Of a stretch of DNA of 64,000 bases, positions 27,416-40,215 are shown piece after piece. Source of the stretch: Schmidtea polychroa (lineage: Eukaryota); assembly GCA_044892525.1 (NCBI GenBank), contig CM097885.1:51276001-51340000 (forward strand), given 5' to 3'. The stretch's first letter is position 1. Every line of letters starts with the position of its first letter. The translations under genes and the position numbers were made by a program. Below the pieces are notes generated by a model. That model had not been told where the DNA came from. It saw only the letters and a program-made list of their open reading frames with translations, and searched no databases.

Positions 27416-27835
27416 TTAAAATAGTTGTGAAAGTCTAGCAGACATAATTTTCCAAATTGGAGAATACACATCATTATTATCAACTTTATATCCTTGGATT
27501 GCAATTGTTATATACCAATTTTCGTTTTCTTTGAAACTGATTTCATCAAATGAATCATAAAATTTTGCATATCTGTTGTTGAACCAGGCATGTTGATTAC
27601 AAGATAGATTCGTATTCAACCGTTTGAAAACCTCATCAATAGATTTAACATCTAACATTGAAAGCGTGCCGGATAAGAATTGAAATTTAGTTGGAATTAG
27701 CTTGATCGGTGACACCAATTTTATATTGATTTCTTCTTTTAAAAAATACATTTTATAGTTGTGGAACATTTGAACAGGTTGTACAAGTTCTGGAACAACT
27801 TTTGGCTTTTCAGTGCTTGAAATTTTCTTTGTCAT
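27416..27835 (-). CDS. Hypothetical 139-aa protein, possible OB-fold ssDNA-binding protein
   Basis: Clean ATG ORF with upstream TATA/CCAAT. The C-terminal ITIAIQGY...PIWKIM pattern is reminiscent of viral gp2.5-like SSBs (inference). Confidence 0.6.
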   Translation of the reverse strand: MTKKISSTEKPKVVPELVQPVQMFHNYKMYFLKEEINIKLVSPIKLIPTKFQFLSGTLSMLDVKSIDEVFKRLNTNLSCNQHAWFNNRYAKFYDSFDEISFKENENWYITIAIQGYKVDNNDVYSPIWKIMSARLSQLF

Positions 27836-28120
27836 CGTAAATAATGATTAAAATGAAATGGTACAGGGTTTTTATACCTATGACTATTGTTTATCAACCA
27901 ATCAGATTGATGTATGTCTTTGTTTAAATTACATGTCTTTGTTTAAATTGCATGTCATTTGCATTAATGTTGCATTAATGTTTTTATTATAAATATTGTT
28001 TTTTATTATTATTATTTCTAATATTACTATTATTACTTATATTATTTCTATTATTATTATTTCTATTTCTATTATTTCGATTTACAAAAACAAAACAATT
28101 CAACATAAAAAAAAAAAAAT

Positions 28121-28530
28121 TTATTTTGATACAATCTGACTCGAGTGATGATTTCTCAGAGTCTTCACCAAACACCATTCAACATATTGTTGATAACGGA
28201 AATTGCAACAGCTACATCCGAAAATGCAAGGAGCCTCTGCTTTCATTTCTTTCATCCCCCTTCCTATCTTGATATCCCATAGAAAAGTGTTTATTATATC
28301 GAATATCCAGATTCGAGTTTGGTTGTATACCAAATCCGGAATGATAGCTGGATCTCTATCTTGTAGAATTTCATTTAATTCTGGATAATAGAAGCATAAT
28401 CTTTGCAGGATAATTGATTGATATTCATCTGTAAAAAATATATATATTAATGTAATAATAAAAATTTGAAATTACCATAATTTTCATGCTCTTTCATTGA
28501 GGTGATTGCGGAACTTTGTATGTTGTACAT
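28121..28530 (-). CDS. Hypothetical 120-aa protein with Cys cluster, predicted 2 exons (28530-28476, 28428-28121)
   Basis: A 47-nt GTAATT..TTACAG intron gives an uninterrupted frame ending in ORF 28121-28333 (CIFGCSCC). Confidence 0.6.
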
Positions 28531-28651
28531 TTTTGTTGAATAAATGATAACTAAACCGAAAACATTTTGTTATTAATAATCATCAGCCAATTAGATTTTG
28601 ACCAATCAGAATCATGCATTTTAATTGCATTGAATTTGCAATGATAAATAA

Positions 28652-29116
28652 TTAATTAAGTGATAATAAAAAATCTAAAAATTCTTTTCCTTCAATTATT
28701 GATTTAATTTCAGATATGATATTATCAACTATACATTTGTAATCAATATTTTTTATTCCAAGAATTACTATCTTACCGCTAGCGAATATATTTACACACA
28801 TAGGGTTATATTTTATATATCTCAAAGCTGGAAATAATTCTGGTTCGTAAAAGCATGGTATTAATTTAGCCAAATTATTTAAATTACAAGTAAAACCTAT
28901 ATCGGAAGTTACGGTTATCGATTGTATTTCTAAATCATAAACATTATATTCACTAGCTTTGATTATTTCCTTACACCCCATAATTCTATATTTACCAGTT
29001 TTGAAATATATTATTGGATATTTTTTACTTCTATTGATAAGTTGTTGTGGTTTCCCCATTGGAAATACCATTTTTGATACATCAGCTTTTGCCCTGTAAT
29101 TTATATTTGAAAGCAT
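28652..29116 (-). CDS. TATA-binding protein (TBP)-like protein, 154 aa
   Basis: C-repeat IQSITVTSDIGF..NLNNLA..YEPELFPAL..IFASGKIVILG matches TBP. Shortened N-repeat LSNIN..IYFKTGKYRIMGCK. Confidence 0.88.
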   Translation of the reverse strand: MLSNINYRAKADVSKMVFPMGKPQQLINRSKKYPIIYFKTGKYRIMGCKEIIKASEYNVYDLEIQSITVTSDIGFTCNLNNLAKLIPCFYEPELFPALRYIKYNPMCVNIFASGKIVILGIKNIDYKCIVDNIISEIKSIIEGKEFLDFLLSLN

Positions 29117-29224
29117 TTTAATGAAATAATTATAAAAACTCTGTTATATATAGTTATTTTAAAAAGGAGTTCATTTAAATTATCAATATAAACAATAATT
29201 ATATAGTTTAAATTTAAAAAAAAA

Positions 29225-29863
29225 ATGGAATTACGAAATGATGCAGTATACCAAATCGTTGGTCCGAGTGGTAGTGGAAAAACATTATTTGTTTGTAAAT
29301 TACTAAAATCTAATTTGTTCAAAACAAAATTCAACAATATTTATTGGCATAGGGGCGCCGATGAAGAACATGGATTGACTCAATCAAGTTTCTGTCAATT
29401 GAAAAACATGAAAATAGTAAAGGGTTTTGATAAAAACTGGTCAAGTCGTTTGAAAAAAGATGATGTCATCATTATCGATGATTTGTATCAAGAAGCCAAT
29501 AAAGAAAAGGATTTTAATAATTTATTCACAAAAATCAGCAGACATGTTGGTGTAACAGTTATTTTCATAACACAAAATCTATTTCATCAAGGTGGTGCAC
29601 ATCGAACACGTAATTTAAATGTACAATATCTAGTTATTTTCAAGAATCCTAGAGATGCAACTGTCATCGATTTTCTTGGACGACAAGCATACCCTAATAA
29701 CCGTAATTTTCTTATCAGTGCATTTCAAGATGCTACGAAAATACCTCATGGGTATATATTTCTCGATTTCACACAACAATGTCCTGATGATATACGGGTA
29801 AAAACAGATATTTTCAACCCAAAAGGCGCCATGGTATATAAACAAAGTTTAAAACAAATTTGA
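29225..29863 (+). CDS. FtsK/A32-like genome-packaging ATPase
   Basis: Walker A GPSGSGKT, Walker B IIIDD, SRH, ITQNLF and FKNPRD, typical of Polinton ATPases. Confidence 0.95.
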   Translation: MELRNDAVYQIVGPSGSGKTLFVCKLLKSNLFKTKFNNIYWHRGADEEHGLTQSSFCQLKNMKIVKGFDKNWSSRLKKDDVIIIDDLYQEANKEKDFNNLFTKISRHVGVTVIFITQNLFHQGGAHRTRNLNVQYLVIFKNPRDATVIDFLGRQAYPNNRNFLISAFQDATKIPHGYIFLDFTQQCPDDIRVKTDIFNPKGAMVYKQSLKQI

Positions 29864-29876
29864 AAACACATAAATC

Positions 29877-30371
29877 ATGTTTTCAAAAACAAGGATATCG
29901 AGTAAAAAACAACCAAAAGTTCCACCAACAACTAGTTATACTCCATCTAAAGAACTTATTACAGAAAATTTTCCTGCAATGAATCTCATTTCGAAAAATC
30001 CTAAACCTAAAACTAAAAGTAAAACCACTAAGAAAGTAAAAGTTGTTAAAAATCATCGGAGTTTCCCGTTTTTCAATACATTGTTAAAAGCACCCAGTAT
30101 GAAAAGAAACAGTATTTTGCAATCTTTTCCAAATTATGTTGTCGATGATTTACTCGATATTATACTTAAAGTAGTCAAAGGTAAGATTAAAATCAGTAAA
30201 TCTAAAAAGCAATTATTGAGTAAACATAGGAAACCTTTGCTATCATTAGTAAATAATAAAAATCGTCAACAAATGAGAAAAATTATATATAAACAACAAG
30301 GGGGATTTATCGGTGCATTGATACCTTTAGCAATATCATTATTAGGTGGAATAATAGGAATTCGATCATAA
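29877..30371 (+). CDS. Basic putative virion core protein with C-terminal QQGG/F hydrophobic tail
   Basis: Lys-rich 164-aa ORF ending KQQGGFIGALIPLAISLLGG, a common Polinton layout next to the ATPase. Confidence 0.8.
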   Translation: MFSKTRISSKKQPKVPPTTSYTPSKELITENFPAMNLISKNPKPKTKSKTTKKVKVVKNHRSFPFFNTLLKAPSMKRNSILQSFPNYVVDDLLDIILKVVKGKIKISKSKKQLLSKHRKPLLSLVNNKNRQQMRKIIYKQQGGFIGALIPLAISLLGGIIGIRS

Positions 30372-30432
30372 ACAATGGGTGCTAATCCTTCATTACCAGA
30401 CATTAAATTTAATATTAAATCTTCTTGTTGTA

Positions 30433-31560
<1,128 letters not shown>

Positions 31561-32565
31561 ATTTTTATACTATTTTACCAAGCAATAGTTGCCCATTAAT
31601 TCATCCAGATAATCAAGCCAGTAAATTCATGGTCAATCTCCAGAATCCGATTTCTTTAAATGGGGACTGGGAAGTTGCACTGCAAGATTTTACATTCGTG
31701 TACAATACATTCCCATTTTATAGTCAATGTAAGATTGATTTCAAAAGGAATGCTATGAAAACATGTAGCGGTATCTTTATTATCAGTAATTATGATAAAA
31801 CATATCATATTCCAAATCAACTATTAGATCAGCACTGCTCTATGTTTTACAAGGATGGATTAAATATCAGTTGTGATTTTAAACCATTTACAATAACATT
31901 CGAATATATTGAAGATGCCAAACGATTGGGTTGCAATAAGTTGAAAAATGAAGTTATGGAAACAGAATATTTATTACGCTTTAATCTATTTGAAGCAAAC
32001 AGTGTAATGAGAGAAGAAATCAAAATATCAGTGTCGTATAATAATGAAGTTGAAGAATCATTCACCTTTGCTGACGAATTATATATTGATAAACTTGATG
32101 TGTTACTTAAATATTTAAAGTACAATTGTTCACACATATTTAAAAGTTTGGACATTGTGAAAGATTTGATGTTTACCTTCAGTTTGAATGATGATATTTG
32201 CGAAGTTACATTTGATAAAAATTTGACAAATACACTTGGATTAGAGAAGCAGCAATATCGGGAAAAATCGGCTGGTATACGTAAACCAAGAATACTTGAA
32301 CATCATCAACAAATGTTCATATATACTAATATTATTGAGCCTATAATTGTTGGTGATTCCAGTGTTCCTCTTTTGAAATCGGTATGGATTGGAAAATATG
32401 AACATGATGAAGTTGTCAATATAAATATAGATAATCCCATGTATTTACCAATAGCAAGTTCATGTATAAACAATATAGAAATAAATATTCGTGACGATAG
32501 TGGAAAACTTATAAACTTTCCAAAAGACTCAAAAACTCATTTGACACTACATTTTCGTAAAGTAG

Positions 32566-32928
32566 ATGGCTAATTCCGATATTATTAGTATGTATAGTGA
32601 TAGCCAATCTGGCGGTGAATTACCATATTTTATTGGTAAACAGTACGGATCAGGTTGGTTAAAAACAATAGGGAGATTTGCACTTCCTATTCTTAAACGT
32701 ATTGGTAGTTTTGGTATGAAAACTGCAAAAGATGTTATTATGAATGAACAGAAAATATTACCATCCATAAAAACAAATGCTTTAGCTGAGTTAGGGAAGG
32801 TTCTACCTGGAGTTGCTGGTATGTTTCAAAAAGATACGGCCCCAGCCCCAGCTCCAAAACGTAAAGGACATGGAATATCGCGTATAAACAAACGAATGAA
32901 AGGACATGGAACTATATTTGCAAAATGA
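32566..32928 (+). CDS. Putative core/membrane-lytic virion protein with QSGG and QYGSG motifs and an amphipathic helix
   Basis: Lies between penton and hexon; WLKTIGRFALPILKRIG is amphipathic and the tail is basic. Confidence 0.8.
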   Translation: MANSDIISMYSDSQSGGELPYFIGKQYGSGWLKTIGRFALPILKRIGSFGMKTAKDVIMNEQKILPSIKTNALAELGKVLPGVAGMFQKDTAPAPAPKRKGHGISRINKRMKGHGTIFAK

Positions 32929-34148
32929 TTTGTGGTAAATCTGAATTATGTATATTTGATAGACCATCGCCTCAAGCTGTAATCGAATTTGGGGCCTTTG
33001 AGGAAGTTTTTCCTATGAATTCAATTACTGATAGTAGAAATGATATCGAGTTTTATATTAATGGTTCGCAAACTGAATATTTAGATTTGAATGATACTTT
33101 ATTGACTGTTCAGATCAAGGTTGTAGATAAAGATAGAAAAGTTTTGGATGCCAATGCAGATGTAATACCGAACAATTTCATGTTTCATACTCTGTTTAAA
33201 GATGCAGTCTTGGGATTTAATAATATTAAGATTGAGGGCGGAAATAATACATTCATTCACAAGGCTTTGATAGAAACTATTTTAAATTACAATTCTGATA
33301 CTAAAAATACCTGTCTTACACCTATGGGTTATGCAGCAACAGATGATGAAAGAAAAAAGTGGGTTAAAGGCTCAAAATCATTCACTATGTGCTCATCATT
33401 ACAACTCGATTTTATGGATCAACCGAAATATTTGCTACCAGGAGTTAATGTACACATTAGATTGAAAAGGTCTGATTCTGCATTATCTCTTACTAGTGCA
33501 TCTGGTGCACCAATATGCCAATTAGTTGATGCAAAATTATTGGTGAGAAGAGTTCGAGTAGACCCGTCAGTATTAGCTGGTCATCAATTGGGTCTTAATT
33601 CAAAACATGCAATTTATCCCTTAAAAACAAAGGAAATTGTACAATTTGCTATTGCTAAAGGTGCTTCATCATTCTATAAAGAACAAATATTTGGTGACAG
33701 AAGAATGCCTAATTTTATTCTGGTAACATTTCAAAATGAAACGCAATATAATGGATCATATACTGCTTCCAGCTCAATTTTCAAAAATTTTGGTGTTACT
33801 TCTTTGACTTTGTCGAAAAATACTGATTATAGAGAAACATATACTCAAGATTTCGAAAGCGATAATTACTGTGCGACATATATGCAGAGTATTGTTAGAA
33901 ATCTGGGTTACTTAGATAAAAACTTGAATTGTGGAATAACTCTAGAAGAATTTAAAAGCAAATATCCATTTTTTACATTTGTTTTAGCCCCTGATTTTGA
34001 TTTAAATCAGAGTCAACTACCACAAAACGGGAATTTACGACTGGATATTAAGTTTGCAAAAGCTATTACTGAACCGGTACATGTTATAATATATGGAGTA
34101 TTTGAAAATGAAGTTCAAATTACTGCAAATAGAACCGTGCTAGTATAA
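32925..34148 (+). CDS. Major capsid protein (double jelly-roll), 407 aa
   Basis: N-terminal KSELCIFD.P.PQ, YLDL.DT, QPKYLLPGV, and GNLRLDIKF near the C-terminus. Confidence 0.93.
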   Translation: MICGKSELCIFDRPSPQAVIEFGAFEEVFPMNSITDSRNDIEFYINGSQTEYLDLNDTLLTVQIKVVDKDRKVLDANADVIPNNFMFHTLFKDAVLGFNNIKIEGGNNTFIHKALIETILNYNSDTKNTCLTPMGYAATDDERKKWVKGSKSFTMCSSLQLDFMDQPKYLLPGVNVHIRLKRSDSALSLTSASGAPICQLVDAKLLVRRVRVDPSVLAGHQLGLNSKHAIYPLKTKEIVQFAIAKGASSFYKEQIFGDRRMPNFILVTFQNETQYNGSYTASSSIFKNFGVTSLTLSKNTDYRETYTQDFESDNYCATYMQSIVRNLGYLDKNLNCGITLEEFKSKYPFFTFVLAPDFDLNQSQLPQNGNLRLDIKFAKAITEPVHVIIYGVFENEVQITANRTVLV

Positions 34149-34560
34149 ATGTATACAGAAACACAAAAAGTTGTCATGGAGTAAGTTTTTTGATACTGTT
34201 TAATTTTATTAAAGTAGTTCTGTTCAGGTTAATCGAATTGGAAAACAAATATTAGGAAATGAATTTGTAGGAGTTTTTCCTCTTGATAAAATTCCTTATT
34301 TGAGCAATAATCAAGCCATAATCATCAATACTCATTCGTCTCATCTTGGTGGAGAACATTGGATAGCTATATATGTGAAACCTAGTAATATATTCGTATT
34401 CGATCCTATGGGTTTCTATTATCCTGCTTTGTTGATATCAAAACTTCAAACAATTGGGAAACCTATTGTATATAATAAAACTATGTTTCAAAATCCATTG
34501 ACTCAAACATGTGGTCAACACTGTTTGGCATGGTTGTTGTATAAAAAATTTGATGGTTAA
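34149..34560 (+). CDS. Adenain-like cysteine protease; predicted intron 34181-34217 (start ATG 34149 or 34176)
   Basis: FVGVFPLD, GEHWIA, FDPMG and Q..TCGQHC. A GTAAGT donor and a phase-2 TAG acceptor supply the missing start. Confidence 0.9.
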
Positions 34561-34922
34561 TAAATGTATGATTTTTATTTGTTGACTATTTTAATTATTT
34601 GTTAAATATTATTATTATTTGTTAAATATTATTATTTGTTTTATTATTTTATTATTTTATTATTTTATGTTTAAAATTTTATGTTTAAAAATATTATGTA
34701 ATACTATTACATGTTCAGTGCATGCACAATGCAAATTAACAAAGCACTGAGTAATAAAGACATGTAAAGGTCATTATTTCGTCATGGTATGTATAAACAA
34801 ACATGTAGTGTCTTTTCCTATCCTATCTCTATTTTCATTGGTCGGTTAATAAAACCTGTAATATCTCTCTTATATAGTCTACACTTTCATTTTTTCATCA
34901 CTTTTAAAAATCTATTAGCAAC

Positions 34923-35249
34923 ATGAACAACAACAACAATATTCAAAGAGTTGACGGAAAGATCGTTGGAGGAATTAATGGTAAATTTATTATTTTATTA
35001 TTTTATTATTTTTAATATGATTATTAGGTACTAATCAACAAATTAAAATGAATATCGACGGACAAGCTGTAGACATGAATAGAATAAATGGTAATAGTTT
35101 ACTCTTATTATCATTATTATTTTTATTATGCTTTTAGATGGAAATGTAATAAATACTTCTGCTGCTGCTGATGCTGGAAAATTTCTTTCGAAAGGACGAA
35201 AATGTAAGTATTTATTTATTGTTATAAGTTTTTAAGTTTTTTAAAATAT

Positions 35250-35282
<33 letters not shown>

Positions 35283-36404
35283 TAAAAGAAGAAACTTATG
35301 AAAAGAAGATTTTTTCATGAAAAGAAGATATTTTAAAAGAAGATTTATTTATGATGATTTTGAAAGGAAGATTTATGAAAAGAAGATTTATTCATGAAAA
35401 GAAGATTTACTTATTTATTTATGATGATTTTGAAAAGAAGATTTATTCATGAAAAGAAGATTTACCTATTTATTTATGATAATTTATGAAAAGAAGATTT
35501 ACTTATTTATTTATGATGATTTTGAAAAGAAGATTTATTCATGAAAAGAAGATTTACCTATTTATTTATGATGATTTTGAACATTATAATTAATAACTTT
35601 TATATATTATTTATGAAAATAAAAACTATTTTAGAAAAAGAATTATTTATTTATTTATTTATTTATGATGATTTATGAAAAGAAGATTTACTTATTTATT
35701 TATGATGATTTTGAAAAGAAGATTTATTCATGAAAAGAAGATTTACCTATTCATTTATGATGATTTTGAACATTATAATTAATAACTTTTATATATTATT
35801 TATGAAAATAAAAACTATTTTAGAAAAAGAATTATTTATTTATTTATTTATTTATGATGATTTATGAAAAGAAGATTTACTTATTTATTTATGATGATTT
35901 TGAAAAGAAGATTTATTCATGAAAAGAAGATTTACTTATTTATTTATTTATGAAAATGAATTAAATTATTTATGAAAACGAATTAAATTATATATATTTT
36001 ATAATATTTTTTATAAGATACTATTTAAAAGATAATTTTGAATAATATTTTTTATAAGATACTATTTAAAAGATAATTTTGAATAATATCTTACGAAAAA
36101 TATCTTAAACTTTAAAAATGATTATTATCTTAATATTTTTTAAACATTTTATGATAAAAATATTTTCATAGGTTTGAAATACCAAAACTTTTGTAATAGT
36201 CAATATCATAATGACTGCGATGATATAATGGAAAGATATTATAGTCATAAATATAACGGTGTCACCTACATCCTATGCCCTAAATGTGAAGTTATTGAAG
36301 TTATAACGTATAAGGAATTTTATAATAAGCATAGACTCCATCTCCAACAATTTAAACCTTCTAAGAAGTCTCTTTTCTATAGCTTATATGAATCGTTTGT
36401 TAAC

Positions 36405-36447
<43 letters not shown>

Positions 36448-39400
36448 TCAACAATAATAATAATAATAATAATAATATCACCAACAATAATACTAACAGC
36501 ACCAATAATAATAATAATGATATAAACGAAATAAATAATCTAAAAGATCAAGTAAATAAATTAAATGAACAAATAAATAATCTAATTAATATGAATAAAA
36601 GAAAAAATAATGAAAAAATAAATTCAATACCAAGTAAAAATCTAAAGTTATTGATGTAATCATAATAAGTGATGATGATGAAATAATCAACATAAGTGAT
36701 GAGGAAATTGATAATAATAATAATAATAGTAGTAGTAGTAATATTTATTATAATAATCGTATTAATAATACTAATCAAATAGGTTATGGTGTCGTAGATG
36801 TCACCAGTGATTTAAATAATAACCATATTATATTAAAAATGGACGTTTCGTCTTTAGATTTAAAAACGGTCTCTGTACCAGAAATTTTAATAAATAAATT
36901 AAATTTATATGTAAATAAATTAAAATCATGTAAAATTCAATTTTGTCTAAAGGTGGAATTTATAAAAGATGATGAGTTACAATCTTTTGTAATCTCGAAT
37001 TCCGCCCGAGTTTGGAGCGATACATTCATTGACGAAGGTATTGCTCGTTTAAATGAAAAAATAATTAAAATTAATGAGAAAGGTAGTAATTGGACTATCA
37101 ATAAAATAGAATACATAAGCTTTGTTCTTACTAAATTTGCTGAAATAAGTCGATTAAGTGGTAGAAGTTTTATTGAAACCCCAAAATCTTTAAGAAACTT
37201 AAGCTGTCTCATTAATGTAGTTAATAATGACCACTTCTGCTTTTTGTATAGTTTCTTGTCAATTATTAAATATGACTGTATAAATAGGCAATATAGAAAT
37301 CGCCCTAATTCTTACAATCTTTCTGAAATTAAATTTGATCCTAATGATATGCCGATGAAACTATCAAATATAAGTAAATTTGAACAACAAAATCCGGGTT
37401 ATAGTATTAATGTTCTTACTTATAACGAAAAGGCTTTGATTGACATTTCCGATGAAGATGCAGTTATGAAACATCCATTTATTGATATAATATATAGGAG
37501 TAAGATAGTAGGAGCCATACCTATCAATTTATTATTAATCGAAAAGAATGATAATTATCATTATCTTGGAATCACAGACCTAAATAGATTTCTTAATTGT
37601 AGGAATAGTTCAATCACTCCTGTTAGGATTTGTAGTCAGTGGTGCCCTAGATGTTTAAACGGTTTTAGGAATGATGACGCTTTTAATAGACATAAGGGTC
37701 TTTGCGATAAAAATCAGCTTGGTACTACCTTGTACACATTGCCTAAAAATAAATATTTAGAATTTACTGATTGGAGTAAAACAGTTACTCCTCCCTTTGT
37801 TATTTACGCTGACTTTGAGGCTATCTTACCTAAAGACACTCGCTACTTTCAACGTCATCTGCCTATTTCTGCCGGTATGCTTTTTATTAATAATTTCACG
37901 GGCGTAAAACTTTATAAGTCGTTCACCGGTTTAGATTGTGTCGATCAATTTCTTACTGAAATTGAAATGATAGGGAAATATATTGTAACTCCTTATTATT
38001 ATAAAAATTATCAAAAGAAAATGATAATTACAGATGAGCAACAATTAATGTTTGAAAACAGCACATCATGTTATTTGTGCAATAAGCCTTTAGTTAGTCC
38101 AGTTAGGGACCATGATCATTTTACCGGTCTATATCTTGGTGCCGCTTGTACAACTTGTAATCTGTCGAGGCAAATTAGACATACCCTTCCTGTAGTATTT
38201 CATAATTTAAAGGGTTATGATCTGCATCATATCTTGAAATTTGGCCTTTCAAAATATCATTCATGGAATATTAGTTGTATTCCTTTAACCAGCGAGAAAT
38301 TCCTTAGTCTTTTTGCTAGGATTGACTCATTAACTGTTAAATTTATAGACTCTAATCAATTTGTCAGCGAGTCTTTAAATAATGCTGTCAAAACTTTATC
38401 ATCTTTACTCTTGACCGAATCAGAATTTCAGGGTACAATAATAACTGCAAAGGGAATTTTTCCTTATGATGCCGCAACTTCATTAGAGGTTTTGCATAAC
38501 ACTCATCAGTTACCTCCTATTTGGAAAGATGTGACTCCCGCTGAATATGAGACAGCTCAGCGAATTTGGGTTGAAACTTCATGTACTTCACTTTTCGATT
38601 ACATGATGGTTTATTTAAAACTTGATGTTTTCCTTTTAGCCGATTTTTTCCAGCAATTTAGAGCTAAGTCCATTGCTCATAACCGACTAGAGCCATTAAA
38701 TTTCTTAGGGATTCCAGGTATGTCTTGGAATTCAGCCTTATTAACTTTAAACTCTCCAATTGAGCTCCTCACCGATATGGAGATGTATAACTTTTTCGAG
38801 GGCGGTATCCGTGGCGGACTAACTTTTGTAAATAAACATTATGTAAAAACAGACCCGGATACCGCTTTGCTTTACATAGATATAAATAATTTATACGGTT
38901 GGGCTTTAAGTCAACCATTACCTTGCAGTGACTTTGAATGGGTTACTGATGATAATTTATTAAATAATTTAATTGTTGAATGCACAACGGTAGATTAAAT
39001 CTACTAGATTTAGATCTGCTTGATTATGGTTATACCATAGAAGTGGATTTAGAAATACCGACGTCAATTCACGACAAACTGGACGATCTTCCCGTTGCCG
39101 CTGAAAAGATGTGTGTACCGGGTTCGAAAATAGAGAAGCTGTTGCTTACACATAGCCCCAAGAGGAACTACGTTCTTCATTGGAGGCTTCTACAAATATT
39201 TATTAAATTAGGTGTTAAAATATCAAAAACACATAGAGCAATTAAATTTAAACAAGATAAAATTTTCAAAAATTATATTAACACAAATACGGCGTTACGA
39301 GCAGCGTCGACAAATAAACTCGATAAAAATTTTTATAAATTATTAAACAACAGTCTTTACGGCAAGACTGTTGAAAATCTTAAAAAACGTATTAATTTAC

Positions 39401-40215
39401 GTCTGTGTAATTCTTCACAGAGATTATTAACATTCTGTTCGAAACCAACTTTTCGTAAATCCACGAAAATCGATGATGACTTGATTTCGGTTTTATTGAG
39501 GAAGGACATAGTGTGTTTGAATAGACCTAGTTACATTGGTCAAACCGTACTTGATTTATCCAAACTCAGGATGTACCAGCTGCAGTATGAAGAGTTGCAA
39601 AAATATCGCGACGAATTCAACTGCGAAATTAATATCGTTGCTGGAGACACAGATTCCTTCTTCTTGGAAATTAAACATTGTAGTCTTGACATTCTTTTAC
39701 CTGCGATGATTAGAGATCAATTATTAGATACTTCGAATTATGACCCAAATCATCCTTTATATAGTAGGAACCTTGATTCTGTCATTGGCAAATTCAAAGA
39801 CGAGAATAAAGGGTTATTATATAAAGATTGGGTGTTCTTGAGACCTAAATGTTACAGCTTGATGGGTGATGAGGAAAGTATGAAGGCTAAGGGGATAAGT
39901 ATGAAAGATACTGGACTAACACATCAGTCGTATCTAGATTGTTATTTAAATGATAAAATATACACAGTCCCTCAGTTTAGAATAACGTCAAAAAATCACC
40001 AACTTTTTAGTATTAAAAATAATAAAAGAGCCTTGACGTGTAGAGATGATAAACGAAATTGGGCGGATAAAAATCAAAGTTTGGCATATGGCCATTATAG
40101 GGGCGGTGACACCGATATATTTATAGATTCAACGGAAGCTATCTCAGCAGATGATACAGATGATTTCCATGATCCAGCAGATGATAATTATTTTGGACAT
40201 GATTATTTTCGATGA
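34923..40215 (+). CDS. Protein-primed family-B DNA polymerase precursor, predicted 4 exons (34923-34980, 35028-35090, 35138-35203, 36172-40215), ~1405 aa once two frame lesions (~36640, ~38997) are corrected
   Basis: Exo motifs YADFE, FHNLKGYD, YLKLDV; pol motifs YIDINNLYG, KLLNNSLYGK, GDTDS; inserted endonuclease-VII-like CYLC..DHDH..C..CN. Three phase-1 GT-AG introns join in frame. The core (36839-40215) is certain; the upstream exons are predicted. Confidence 0.85.
35290..36090. repeat. Complex tandem repeats (GAAAAGAAGATTTA core) inside predicted pPolB intron 3
   Basis: Many copies of ATGAAAAGAAGATTTA, plus a larger block duplicated around 35480-35860. Confidence 0.8.

Noticed and set aside
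30379..30432. ORF-track start and poly-Ile tract as real integrase sequence
   Set aside because: The start is a non-ATG extension, and the poly-Ile is a predicted intron.
36633..36641. Canonical programmed -1 frameshift site
   Set aside because: T AAA AAT is not an X XXY YYZ heptamer and no stimulatory structure is evident; a 1-nt loss is simpler.
38990..39013. Intron explaining the pPolB frame break
   Set aside because: The available GT/AG pairs give 18 or 24 nt and lead to stops; a 14-bp insertion explains it exactly.
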